Source: Massalongia carnosa
Lineage: Eukaryota
Assembly (NCBI GenBank): GCA_965645245.1
Contig: OZ287068.1
Location: 3,596,001-3,635,028, forward strand
DNA length: 39,028 nt
Direction: 5' to 3'
The notes beneath the pieces are model-generated. The model was not told the DNA's origin. It searched no databases and saw nothing but the letters and a program-made list of their open reading frames with translations. The position numbers and the translations under genes were made by a program. Position 1 is the stretch's first letter. Every line of letters starts with the position of its first letter. Shown one piece after another: positions 22,294-34,251 of this stretch.

Positions 22294-23565
22294 CTATCTG
22301 ACTTTGTCGAGGAAGGACAACCGCCTCCGTCTCGACATGCCACGTTGGTCGTTCTTCCAGATGCCATTCAGGCGCTCCTTCTCCTCTTTTCGGACGGGGC
22401 AGAGGTGAGACCACGCCGGATGATTCCCGCCATACACGGCGCACTTGCGTCGATCCGCAGGCGCTTTGCATGCTTGAGAGCGATGTCCTTGAGCGCAGCC
22501 TGCGCCTCGAAGGGCGTTCTTACATGCGTTGCCCGTATGTCCGTACTTCTGGCAGTGAAAGCACTGTTTTAGACGAGAGTTCTTATCGAAGTACTCACAT
22601 ATTCTATGCGAGTAATCCTGCAGAAGACCCTCTTTAATCAGTCTGTTTGCCGTCTCTGCGGTGGCTACTTCAACTATTAGCGAGGAGTGAATCTTGGCTT
22701 CCGAAACTACCCTTATGGTCCATGCAATGCGGCAGATCTGCAGTCCCGGATGAAGCTGCTCATTCTGTTTCTCTAGACTCTTGATGGTAGCTTGTGCGTT
22801 AACTGTGTCAACGCTGTCTACGCGCACCCCATGCGTTAACACAGCAAATGTGCGTCGTACTACATACGCTGAGTCCGCAAGCCCTTTATGTAGCTGTTGA
22901 TCCATCTCCATTCTCGCCTTAGCTTCTATCGTGCACGCCAGCAGCTCTAAGTCGCCGCTTGGGAGACGTCGCACCGCCAGTCCATCGCCGGTCTTCTTCT
23001 CGATAGTCTTGATTCTGTCCATAAGTGCCTTGTTCGACAAGGATTTGATTTCGACTTTCTCTGCGTCGTTCCTGAACTTGATCAGAACGGACTTTCTTCT
23101 CTTTATCTCCTCCAGCTGTCGTTGCTGCTCCATTACGGAGTTGCGCGTCACCGTCGTGATGCTGTCGTTTCTGCTACTTCCCGCGGACGCTACCGCGGCG
23201 TAGCTCTTGACTGCTGCCGTCGTCTTGGTCGTGTTCGCTTCTATACGCGTTAATTGCTGTTGAATCAGCTGCATATCATTGCGTAGCTTGCTCTCCGGAA
23301 GCGCGAGAAAGTGAATCAACTCCTTTGCTTCTTGTAGCAGTGTCAAGATCTCTGATCCCTTAATTATCTCTCTGGATTTTTCGCGTAGCTGTTTTTCAAT
23401 GTCAGCTATGGCGCGTACTGCTCGGCTCGTAAGTTTTGCACTGCTTTTCTTCTCTTGTAGCGCCCGTGCAGCGATGTCGCCACGCCGCCTACTCGGCGTC
23501 GACATAACGTCGGTACGCGTTACAAGGGAAGACGTGTTGAGAGAATGGATAGATGTGAGAGTCAA
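22294..23565 (-). pseudogene. LINE ORF1 (gag-like nucleic-acid-binding protein), frameshifted near the C-terminus
   Basis: Coiled-coil N-terminus, FAVLTHGV and three knuckles (CFHCQKYGHTGNAC; xAGCAQGHRSQAC; CAVYGGNHPAWSHLC). Confidence 0.88.
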
Positions 23566-23613
23566 ATCAATAATAGTAGCCTAGATTGTAGTTGTCGATT
23601 GTTATCGCGATGA

Positions 23614-23801
23614 TGTTGAAATAGGTATATGACTATGGCTATATAAACAAGGTAAGGAGGTAAGGAACGGATATAAAAGAAGGGGTCGAGTCTCGAAAGT
23701 TCTGGCTCCTTGTCCGACGTCTTGAATAGCTAATCTAGCCTAGCTGTAGCTATAGACTCAGTCAATTAGAAAGCTTGACCATCCAATCCAGGCCCCTGAC
23801 A
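23614..23801. mobile_element. Composite LTR remnant
   Basis: The first ~30 bp match the start of LTR C (7028). The remainder is an inverted relative of 24517-24680 and ends CCTGACA. Confidence 0.7.
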
Positions 23802-24516
23802 TTCAGGCATTCCTTTTAGATATCGAGAAGCTCGATCAGGCAGGAACCGTAGTCGGTTCGGTGACGGAGGTTACAAATGAAATCCCTTCCAAATATTCAG
23901 ATTTCCATGACTTCTTTTCGAAAGATAATGCACAGAAGTTGCCTGAACATGGACCTCAGGATCATGCTATCGATACGGAAGGAAAACAGCCTCCATTCGG
24001 CCCAATATAAAATTTATCCTTGACCGAGTTACAAATATTACGGGAGTACCTCGACGAATATTTGGCCAAAGGATTTATAGTTCCTAGCACTTCATAAGCC
24101 GGTGCTCCTATTTTATTCGTCAAGAAAAAGGATGGCGGTCTGAGACTATGTGTTGATTATCGGGGACTGAACGCTATTACGATCAAAAATCGATATCCTT
24201 TACCCTTGATCATGAACCTGTTAAATGTTCTTGTTGGCGCCGTCTACTTCACTAAACTCGATATCCGGGATGCATATCATAAAATCCGGGTACGGGCCGG
24301 TGACGAATGGAAAACGGCTTTTCGATGCAGGTACGGTAAAATTGAATACTGGGTTATGCCTTTCGGACTAGTCAACGCACCTGCGTCATTCCAGGCCTAC
24401 ATAAACGAAACCCTACGGGAATGTTTAGACGACTTTGTAGTGGTGTACTTGGACGACATTTTGGTATTCTCCAAATCGATGAAAGATCATACATTTCATG
24501 TCCGACTAGTCCTGGA
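23802..24516 (+). pseudogene. Gypsy D pol fragment (RT N-terminal half)
   Basis: [29 protein letters not shown] and YLDD. Cut by LTRs on both sides. Confidence 0.9.
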
Positions 24517-25003
24517 TGTCACGAAATCAGGTCGAGGGCAAGGGCAAAGGCAAGGTGGGTTGATGGTCAAGCTTATTGATTGAGTCTATAGCTATGAATC
24601 TAGGCTAGGCTAGGTTGGCTATTCAAGACGTTCGACAAAGAATCAGAACTTCCATGATTCGACTTCTTTCTTATATCTTTGTCCTCCCATATTCATCTTT
24701 CTAGGGTGGCGGCGAATGATGTCTAGTCAGTGCGATGATGAATGAGGGGCATTATAGCGGCAATAAGCACGATGGGGTCAGCGAGGAGACGGGAGATGTC
24801 AAACATCAATGCGAAGCTATTAGACATGATAATAGTCGAAAGACGGGAATAAATCATCAATGCGAGGCTGATTAATGATCAGTAATCGGCGAATTCGAAG
24901 AATGATATGAGGTTACCGAAGGCATGGCACGACGTCCGTGAGTAGTCATCAGATCAAGGCACGTGATAGAGGCACGTGGTGAGGTCGGAGGCATTTCATG
25001 ACA
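24517..25003 (-). repeat. 3' LTR of Gypsy E (487 bp)
   Basis: TGTCA...TGACA termini with an adjacent PPT. Confidence 0.87.
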
Positions 25004-25046
25004 GTAGCTCCCCCTTCAAGGCAGAGCTCCTGCGATGCCATCTTAT

Positions 25047-26348
25047 CTATGCCTCGTGGCATTGGCAACGGGGAATTTGAGAGGGGTTTAGATGAGGGCC
25101 GGCCGCATTGGGATAGGCTTGGTGGTATTCGTCTATGACTTGCTGACAATTGATGAGATAGTTGAAAGGCTCCCAGGTGGAAGGATGCCCTTCCCAAACC
25201 ACTAGGTATTTCAGAAGCGGGGGTTGAAAACGTCGGTCGAGCTTGGAATTCAATACCCTATTGACATACCATTCTCGTTGGCCATCTTCGGCAATGACGG
25301 GGTCTCTAGGCTCCGGTCTCTGCCCGGGGAGGGGGTCATTGGCATCATGCTGCAACAGATTGACGTGAAAGACGGGATGGATTTTGACGGTATCGGGAAG
25401 CTCCAGCTGTACGATCAAGGGGTTGGAAAACACCTTGCTGACGCGGTAGGGGCCGATATTTCGGTCATCCAGCTTGACTGTGGGGCGAGCGGTTTGGATA
25501 TTTCTGGTGCTTAGCCACACCATATCGCCAACGAAATAGCGGGGGCAGGGACGTCGGTTAGCATTTGCAGTTGCTTCGTACGAAGCTTGGGCCATCAGCA
25601 TTTCGTCTCGAAGATGAGTGTCGATATCCTGCATCTTATTCACGAACTGGTTGGCTGCAACTAGGTTTGCTCTGCCCTGAGCAGTTAGGTCTTGCGGCAG
25701 GGGTTCCTCCGGTTCAAATCCCATGCGGGGATGTTGCCCGAAGTTGGCTAGGAAGGGGGAGGCCAGGATACTAGATGAATCGGTGTTATTGCTGGCGAAT
25801 TCGGCGCCAGGAAGCCATTGTGCCCAGTCATCCTGCATGTAGTTGACATAAGCCCTTAGGTAGTGCTCCATGGTGGCGTTGGCTCGCTCGGTCTGCCCGT
25901 CGGTCTCCGGGTGGTATCCGGTGGATAGCTTGGCGTCGATTTTCAGCCTCTTGCACATGAGCTGCCAGAAATCGGAGACGAATTGGGGGCCACGATCAGA
26001 AACCATGGCTTCAGGAAGCTTATGTAGTTTCCAGACATTCTGATAGAACGCATCGGCGGCGTCTTCAACTTCCATGGACGTGATAGGAATGAAATGTCGC
26101 ATCTTGGACAGGCGATCTATAACCACCAAGATGTAGCGATAAGTGATTCCCATGAAGGTGCTGGGGGTCAGGGGGCCTACATAATCCATGGAAATATCCC
26201 GCCATCTGCGCTCGGGGGGGGGGAGTGGGCGTAGCCAGCCCTGATAGCGCTGGCGGGATGGTTTTGATCTTCTGCAAGTGTGGCAGTTTCGGATAAATCG
26301 CTTGATGGACTGATGCATGCTGGGCCACCAGTAGGATCGATTTACCAA
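25047..26348 (-). pseudogene. Gypsy E integrase with chromodomain
   Basis: CHTC, ISMDYV, VSDRGPQF, YHPETDGQTERAN, IGPYRV and EWYVNRVL...YLVVWEGHPSTWEP. Confidence 0.93.
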
Positions 26349-26402
26349 CTCATGGCATTTCGAACGGCCCAGATGTCCGCCGGCGACGCTATCGTGAGCG
26401 AG

Positions 26403-28736
26403 TTAAATGATACGAAGCCTCAGACGATCGGATCGAGGTACGTATTTCTTGTTTCGAAAATACAAGATACCGTCCCTATCTTCGCATTCGGCTAATTGGA
26501 TTCGATTGTGATGCCTCTCGTTATTACGAAGGGCTTCCAGGACTTCGGGGGCGAATTGGTCTCGTGTTAGGGCTTGTTCCCAGAGGAGCTCCGCGGAGAT
26601 ATCCTCATCGGGATCGATGAGGTCCTCATCTAGCTGAGGTTCTGCTTCTTCGATATCTGCATCATCTAGGAAAGCTGGTGCCAGAAGAATGGATCGCAAA
26701 TAACTTTTTGCGACTTCCTCATCCAGGTTTTCGGTTTTCAAAATGGTTTGGTGTTGAAATTTCCTTCGCTCGTCCGTATCATCCCCTTCTTTAGGAAGAT
26801 CTCCCGATCGACGAGTTAGAGCGTCCGGTTTTCCTCCGGCTTTTCCTGGTCGATAGACTATCTTGAAGTCAAATCGAGAGAGAAATTCGCTCCAGCTAGC
26901 TTGGCGACGGCTGAGCTGCTTGGTGGAGGCAAAATACTCCAGGTTTTTGTGGTCGGATATGACGCTGATGGGGAAGGCAGATCCTTCTAGTTCGGGTCAC
27001 CATTCTTCAAAACATCGAACGATTGCCATCAGTTCTTTGTCATAGATCTCGTAGTTGCACTCGGCGGGATTGTGCTTCTTTGAGAAGTAGGCGACGGGGT
27101 GAAGTATCCCATCATCGTCGTATTGAGAAAGAATGCCCCCCGAAACATAGTCGGAGGCATCGGTTTCGACGATGATGGGACGATCGGGGTCGAAATGCCT
27201 GAGAATGACATCGGAGGTGAAAGCTTTTTTCAGCATTTCGAATGCCAATTGGCATTTGTCAGTCCACAGGAATTCCGTCTCCTTCTTGGTCAGGTTGGTT
27301 AGGGGGCCAGCTATGTCGCTAAACCCATACACGAATCGTCTATAAAAGTTAGCAAAACCCAGAAAGCTTTGCACATCTTTCACATTGACGAGGTTTGGCC
27401 AATTGACGACGGTTTCCACCTTGGCCGGGTCCATTTTTATCCCTTCGGTGGTCACGATTATCCCTAGGTATGCAATTTCGGTGACATGGAACTTGTACTT
27501 GGTGATGTCGGCTTGCAGGCCTGCATCTCGGAGTCGAGACAGGATTTTTTTGACGTGGACCTCGTGCTCCAGCTCATTGTCACTGTAGATGAGGATATCA
27601 TCTAGGTACGCAGTGCAAAAGTCAGCAAGATACTCGTGAAGCGTATCGTTGATGAAGTGCTGAAATGAGGCGGGCCCGTTGCATAGGCCGAAGGGTAGGA
27701 CCAAGGACTTGAAAAGGCCGAAACGAGTGCGAAAAGCGGTGAGTTCTTCGTCTCCTTCTCGTATGCGGAGCATATTGAAGGCGGCGATGATGTCTATCTT
27801 GGTGAATATCTTGGCTTTGATTAATTGGTGCAGGGTCTCGGCGATCAAGGGCAGCGGATAGCGATCCTTAATCGTGATGGCATTCAGAGCACGATAATCC
27901 ACGCAAAATCGAAGTCCCCCACCTGGCTTTTTCACGAACATCACCGGGGAGGCGGCGTGGGAGCGACTAGCCCGAATAAATCCCTTGGCTAGATTTTCGT
28001 CGAGGTAGCGGCGGAGCTCCTCGATTTCGGTACGACTCATACCATACAGGGCCTGACTAGGGGCCTGCGTACCTTCTTTCAGGTTTATGGCATGATCGTA
28101 GGGACGGCGGGGGGGCAAGTCTTCGGATTTCTTCTTCGAGAAGACATCTAGGAATTCGTGGTATTGCTTGGGCAGAAGGGGGGCTGGGTCGACGTTCTTA
28201 CTTTCTCGGTAAGCGTCTAACTCTTCACGAGTCACGGCGGTGGCTAGGGTTAGGGCCTTATTCATCTTAAATAAGGCTAGGTGGATTTCTTTCTCGTGCG
28301 GGCTTGCTCGAGATGGCAATGGTTGGTAGGCTGGGCTGGGTTTTTTGGCTTTTTCGATCAAATCGGGGGCTGAACTAGGTGAGGCTTTCATTACTAGAGG
28401 TTCGGGGTTGGTTTTTCCTAGAAAGAGGTCAATTTCTTTCATGGACAGGGCGAAACTATCGTGGTTTTTCTTCCGAGTCAGTCGATTGAAGGAGATAGCT
28501 CCGATTTCGCAGACATTCATCTGCGGGGTGGTTTTGCGTGCTGCTTGATGAGCACGTCTTTGGGTGGATGTCCGCAATTTGGACGGGCTTCGGTATCGGA
28601 TTTTCGGGGGGGGAAGCCCTTCCTGGATTGCATTTTCAATGCGACTGGGTTCATCGGTGGGGTTTTGAAGCTGGGGTTCGGGTTCATTGATTTCGGGTTT
28701 GATTAAGGTGAAATCGCGCGGCGCGGTTTTGAACAA
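26403..28736 (-). pseudogene. Gypsy E RT, RNase H and tether (ORFs 26997-28736 and 26403-26741)
   Basis: [25 protein letters not shown] and [11 protein letters not shown]. Confidence 0.94.
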
Positions 28737-28976
28737 AGGGATGGATTCCTCGATTTTGACGGGATTGTCAGGAATGGAATTTTTGATTGTGGGAATTTCT
28801 TCCCCCTCTTCTAGAGAAGTTATCGACGTTCAGATAGACGTGTCTTGATTGATAACTTTTCCTAGGGCGTCTTCGAGGATCTCTTCATCCCAGATTTTTC
28901 GACTCTCGGCTGGGGTGAGGAATTCTTCCTCAACGGCTTGAAGCTTGACGGGGTGGGGGCAACAGTGAGTGAGGCA

Positions 28977-29510
28977 CTAGGGGGAGGCAAAGGTGAGCGT
29001 ATTATGCCCAAAATCGGCTATGGCGTTATGCCGGCGGAGCCATGGATGGCCCAGGATAATGGGATAATTTTTTAACCCGGTGACATATAGAAAGAGTTTT
29101 TCTACATGACCTTCTAGATCCATGGTGATTTCGGCCACATGAGTGATATTGCCGGATAGAGCCCTTTGGCCGTCGAATCCTTCGAGCCGGCGGGGATATT
29201 TGAGAAGATGAAGGGGAATTTGGTTAGTATGCGCAAATTTCTCATCGATGAATGAAAAGCCAGATGCACCACAATCAATTAGATTATACGTTCTAATCCT
29301 AGATCTAGATAATCGCAAGATACCTGTCATCACCATGTGACTGTCTCTGAACGTCTTATCTGATTCAAACAGCTCCAAAGCGGAGGCTGCGGAAATTCGC
29401 GTATTGGATCTCAAAGAGGGGGAAAAACAGGCCATCAAACATGAGGAAATGAGAAGGGGGGGAGTCCCTGCACGCGACGATGTGCAGAGACTAGGCTTTT
29501 CCCTGATCAT
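28977..29510 (-). pseudogene. Gypsy E aspartic protease
   Basis: LIDCGASGFSFID and IILGHPWLRRHN. Confidence 0.9.
29463..29503 (-). promoter_or_regulatory. Putative -1 frameshift signal of Gypsy E
   Basis: Heptamer G GGA AAA (29503-29497) at the gag end QGKA*, then an 11-bp stem with one G-U pair (29492-29482 with 29473-29463). Confidence 0.75.
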
Positions 29511-29678
29511 GATGTCGGAATCCGGGGTGAAGGTTAGAACACAAGTGGAGGATTATTTCGGCGCAATCAATCGGCAAGGACTTCAACCGTCATTCTCATT
29601 CAGTCGTTAACCATTGTACGCATTGTTGGTTGCGTTGTGATGATTCAAAGAGGAGATGTCATGTCTGCTGGAGCACAG

Positions 29679-29909
29679 TACCGCGCTAACCGAATTCGGG
29701 TTTTTTCCTGTATTTCTCATGTTAATCCAAATCCTAACTACGAGAAGTGATCGATCATGCGATGATGTGAATAATGTGATCATGCGATGAGTAACTTAGA
29801 CCTGTCATTGATTTTACATTCTTAGCTGCCGTTCTGGTGGATTTTATTGATGTTTTCTCGTGTCACCTACCGCACTAACCGAAATAGGGTTTTTTCCTAA
29901 ATTCCTCAT
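29679..29909. repeat. Two 42-bp imperfect direct repeats (29679-29720, 29868-29909) enclosing two 13-bp repeats (29753-29765, 29778-29790)
   Basis: TACCGCRCTAACCGAA...GGGTTTTTTCCT...CTCAT occurs twice and GATCATGCGATGA occurs twice. Confidence 0.85.
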
Positions 29910-29949
29910 CTCTAGGACTTCGACTGCTTAGCGTCACTCTTCCCCGATC

Positions 29950-32900
29950 ATGCCTTCTACGGAGACATTGAAAAAATTATGTGGTAGGCCTCGAAAGTAC
30001 TCTACTGCTGATGAAGCTGCAGCGGCCAAGAGACGGCAGAATCGAGGCTATTACCACAATCCATCGCGCCCAGTTGGTCTTGCAGGTCCCGCCGACTTTG
30101 TTGCCTACGAGCCTCTACCTACATCCGATATTCCTAGCTACACCCTGCGTGCCATTGGTCTGCGAACCAGCCCAGACATACCAACCCCCCCGGATCGCGA
30201 TATAGTAGAAGACTGTGAGGAAGAGCTTGAACCCGAAGCATACCTAACCCAGGATAACCCCCTCGAACTGCAACTCCAAATACCCTACACGAGGAGCCCG
30301 AAATCATTCGACAAGTTGAGAAAATATGCACAGAGGAGGTGACAAATATTGAAGACGCAGACTATGATGTGGAGGTCACGGCACGCTTGGAGGAGTCGGC
30401 AGCCCATCTCGAGGCAGCAGAAGTGCTCCAGGCACTACGAATTGGGCAACAAGAGAGGTAGGAGAGCAGCAAGACCGGGTCACTGTATTCGGACTACGCC
30501 GCCCAGCAGTTTAGTGATGTCGAATCATCAGCACCTAGACACAACAGCACACCAATTCATAGTCCACCGAAAACAGATATACATCAGGGCAGTTCACCGC
30601 ATACTGCAGATACACAACGCAGTCACAGCAGGACTTCCAAGGCTCAGTCAAGTAGCACCAGTCAGTAGTAGACGTGGGACTTCGTTTCCAACGTAGAGAA
30701 ACACGCTATTATCATGGATGAAGCCTTTGACAGGTGTCGATTCTAACCCTACTTCGCCCACTTCACGCCCATCTCCAAGCATTGCTATATCTACACCTAC
30801 GCCCTCAGATCTTCATCAACCTGCTGGATCCGTCGAAGCACCACCACCCGTGCCTTCAAGAGAACCCCCCCTAGGCCAAAGTCCACAACCAGCAGTACAG
30901 CAGGCACCGCGTAGCGCGCAGAGTGCCCACATCGCAAATCCGAGCCCTGGTAAACTAGAGAGCACATCCTCTAAGCTGGCCAAGTAGCTACGTAAATTCC
31001 GGTGCTGCACTCATGAGCAGCATACCGAAGCCGATCGCCAGCATGAAGAACACCACCGACGCCGAGGTGTGCACTCAGAGTGCTCATCCATACCTGATAT
31101 TACTTCCATTGTTAAAGGGTTACACAATGGGGGCACTCCGCTTCCCGATGTCCTCAAAAGTCCCCGACTGATGAGAGCAACCGATATCCAGGGTGTCGGC
31201 TACAAGGCGGCATTCGAAGGCACTCCTAGTGCTCGCCTGGACGAAGCCACTCCCCATAATGATGGACTACCTCCGAGTCTTTGCCTGTCCAAGAAACACG
31301 TTACAAGTCGGAAGAATCGTCAATCAAGGGTCAGTTTTGACATCGACAGCACCTGTTGTTTCCCCCAGAGTCTCGGGTTTGCCCGTCGTGGGATAGAGTG
31401 GTTCCCCAAGGCCCATCCCGTCCTCAATCTCACGGGCGACATACACTTTGGGTTGAAGGTCCCTGGTTCCACGATCAAGGACAATCCATCCCTAAGATAT
31501 ATCCCGCTGCATAAGATATCCCACTACTGCTTTGGGCGCTTGGTTGGCATGAGCGATCTTCTCATGTGTATCTACTTTCCCGCCCTGCACAAAGAAAGCG
31601 ATCATGAGCATACCTCGTATCTCAGTAAGCGCGACGAGCAGCTCTGGTTGGATGGCATCCTCCTTCCCTGTATCACCAAGGTTGTTAAGTCTTCCAACAT
31701 ACTGCTGAACTATCCGGCTTCTTCTCGCATAGCCGACCTTGCATACACGGCGATATCTGCAGAGAGCCTCAAACGGAAGGAGTCTGCCAACCAGCAGTTA
31801 GTTGCCCATACGATCCAGCCGCGGTACCTCGATGAGCTCTGGACCTTGGTTGGTAGGACCATAGATGAGAATCCTGGGTTTCATCGGTTCCAAGGCGCAA
31901 CACTGTTCACGCATTCCAAGAACACCAAGCTGGCAACTAATGACTCTACTGGTTTGGTCGAAGCATACAATGGCTGGAAGAGGCAGTGGCTGGATGCAGC
32001 AGATCCGGAATTCTACAACCCAGATCGCACCTTTGTGGACATTGCAAAGCAGATCACCTCACAGGACAGCGCGCTTCCTTATGATCAGAAACCAGAGAAC
32101 CACGAAGCCGAGGTGTTCCTGTGGAAGAAGTGCTGCCTAGATGAGTATTGCAGGACGAGGATGGTCCTCAACCCGGATGGAAGCAAGGCTAAAGGGAACC
32201 CGAAGCGTACTGTATACTCCTGGGCTACCATGCGAGATACGATGAGCCAGACGCTGTTTGCTGCACCGCAGGGGGACGAGACCAAGGACGGGCTAATATA
32301 TTCTCAGTTCTATATGCTCGCCAAGACTCTATTCGGCTCTTCGAAAGTGTACGTCTTTACTAACGACTCGGTGGAGAACCTAGACCTGGACCCTGGATAT
32401 GTGCGTTCTCTGCAACAGGAGGGCGGAGGTATCACGTTCTCTAGGGGTGTGTGCGAGTTTGCCTATCTCCACAGCAAGAAGCGGGCTCATGCAAACCTCA
32501 TGGACAGTCGCTGGAAGTCTTATGGAGTGAGGGAAGAACATCGGATATCACTAAGCATGATGGAGGAGATATATGAACAGTGGAACCAGTGGACCTCTAC
32601 GACGCAGACGACATAGCAGACACCCCGTCTCCACTGGCATATTACATTGTACCTACAATCGACTTTGTATGCCTCCTCCACGCCCAGATCAATAAATACT
32701 GCTTCCTGTTCGAGCATGTTCTTGCCCACACAGCTAAGACGTACTCCCTGCCTGATGATGAATAGTAAAATTCACGTGTAGGTATAATAGCATGATTGTC
32801 ATTGAAGGTATGAATTATATGTCAGCTATCTACTGCATTATATAGCAGTAACATTGGAGACCTTTCGGCGACCCTTTTAATAATGAGTCAGCCGGTCTAC

Positions 32901-33717
32901 TGAATCTCGGTCCCCGGAGGTCACCTCGGTCCCCGTCGTAGAGTCGCCGAAGATAAGCACTTGATGAATGCCCATGATGGTAGTCCTTACCATCTGACAT
33001 CTGAGACGATCATCATGGTTGTTGCGCTGCGGGGACTCCGCTTCTGCTACGGTGGAAATATGCTGGCGCGAGAGTTCCTACTGTATAAGGACCGGTGGAG
33101 GGTTGTACGAGGAGGGAAGACCATCGTCAAGGAAGGACTCGGGATGAAGGAGAGTATAGAGCTATCCGGGTTAGGGTGGTTCAAGCCTAAGATCAACTGG
33201 GAGACGTGGCAACTAGCAGCACCACATGGTGAGAACATCCTGGTTGGGAACATGCTTATGCACGAGGAGTATAAGCGGAGGTGGAGAGCAGTAAAGGATC
33301 TCCGCGACGTCTTCATTCGTTTCAACCAAGCGGCGTCATGGTATGAGAGGTACAATGTGCAGGAGAACCCTCGATTGCTGAAGTCCTGGCTGGAGTACCT
33401 TCACGTTCTTAACCTCGAGCAGTTTGACGCAGATATCTGGAAGGCCATGCACAATATCAACAAGCAGACTAAGGAGCTAAGACGCGAGGGTGCAAAGCCG
33501 CCTGCAGAGTTTAGGTTCTGCTGCTACCGCGACATGAAGAGGATGTTCCCCGTCGACGCAGTTACTGGACAGCCAGGTTCACCGCACATGGTCACCGGGA
33601 ACAAGATACGGTTCGCCAAGGCTATAGGTCTCCTCAACTTCCTATTCCTATCCGATGAGGAAGAGCGGCGTGGCTGGGGTAACAAGCCGTACCGCGTGAT
33701 CCTGAACAAGACGTTCG
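29950..33717 (+). pseudogene. Large (>1100 aa) decayed gene of unknown function, probably mobile-element encoded; core ORF 31069-32616
   Basis: Collinear ORFs 29950-30342, 30718-30987, 31069-32616, 32580-32765 and 32961-33746 join across stops, frameshifts and one LTR (KTYSLPE|TIIMVV). N-terminal GRPRKY is AT-hook-like. Confidence 0.7.
32756..32999. mobile_element. Solo LTR, 244 bp
   Basis: TG...CA termini and TSD CCTGA/TCTGA (32751-32755, 33000-33004). Confidence 0.85.
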
Positions 33718-33950
33718 TGTTAAATGGTGAGGCTACCATCGGTTAGATAGTTAGGCTACCATCAATATAGGCATCCATCGTGAGTCCCACGGGTGCCTGC
33801 CAGGCATCTATAAGAGGTGCCTAACAGGCAGCTATGGAGGTGCCTAACAGGCAGCTATGGGTGGCCTACAGCATTACTGTTATGTGACTGCTATAAAAGC
33901 AGGTAGACAGCCCACATAGATAATTACCTTCAATGACAATCATGCTATTA
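33718..33950. mobile_element. LTR fragment (inverted relative of 32756-32999) cut by the Helitron
   Basis: Starts TGTT. 33926-33950 is the reverse complement of TAATAGCATGATTGTCATTGAAGGT in the 32756 LTR. Contains an internal tandem GAGGTGCCTAACAGGCAGCTATGG. Confidence 0.75.
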
Positions 33951-33961
33951 CGAGACCGTGC

Positions 33962-33979
33962 AATCTCAGAACTGAGATT
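33962..33979 (-). other. Helitron 3' subterminal hairpin
   Basis: AATCTCAG-AA-CTGAGATT, a perfect 8-bp stem 11 nt from the terminus. Confidence 0.85.
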
Positions 33980-34251
33980 TTGGAACCGGTTTCAAGTTTT
34001 TACGATCGATACAATTCGTAAAAGGTTGTAAATTTAAAACCATGTATGCAATACAAATTTATCTATTTAATTTCAGGATTGAAATCGAAAAATTGAAAAC
34101 TTTTCTTAAATTTTCTAAAACTTACGACTTGCGAAATTAGCGGAGAATGTCACACTTGATGACCCGGACGTTAAATTTTTGATAACACAATAAACTTGCT
34201 GTCTATTTTGCAATTGAATACATTTTCTAAGTGACATGATACCCTATATCA

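Larger units (their letters stand above)
5430..23613 (-). mobile_element. Tad1-like LINE (non-LTR retrotransposon) split by later insertions; pieces 5430-5984, 19962-20388, 20873-21092, 21431-23613
   Basis: Reading frames rejoin across each TSD: CEL*A|RRHGAHF, LTEQI|HTVW and FREAHT|IAIKKP. Confidence 0.88.
24517..29540 (-). mobile_element. Chromoviral Gypsy element E, 5'-truncated (gag and 5' LTR missing)
   Basis: 3' LTR, PPT AAGGGGGAGCTAC (25004-25016) and PR-RT-RH-IN-chromodomain order. Right boundary approximate. Confidence 0.92.
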
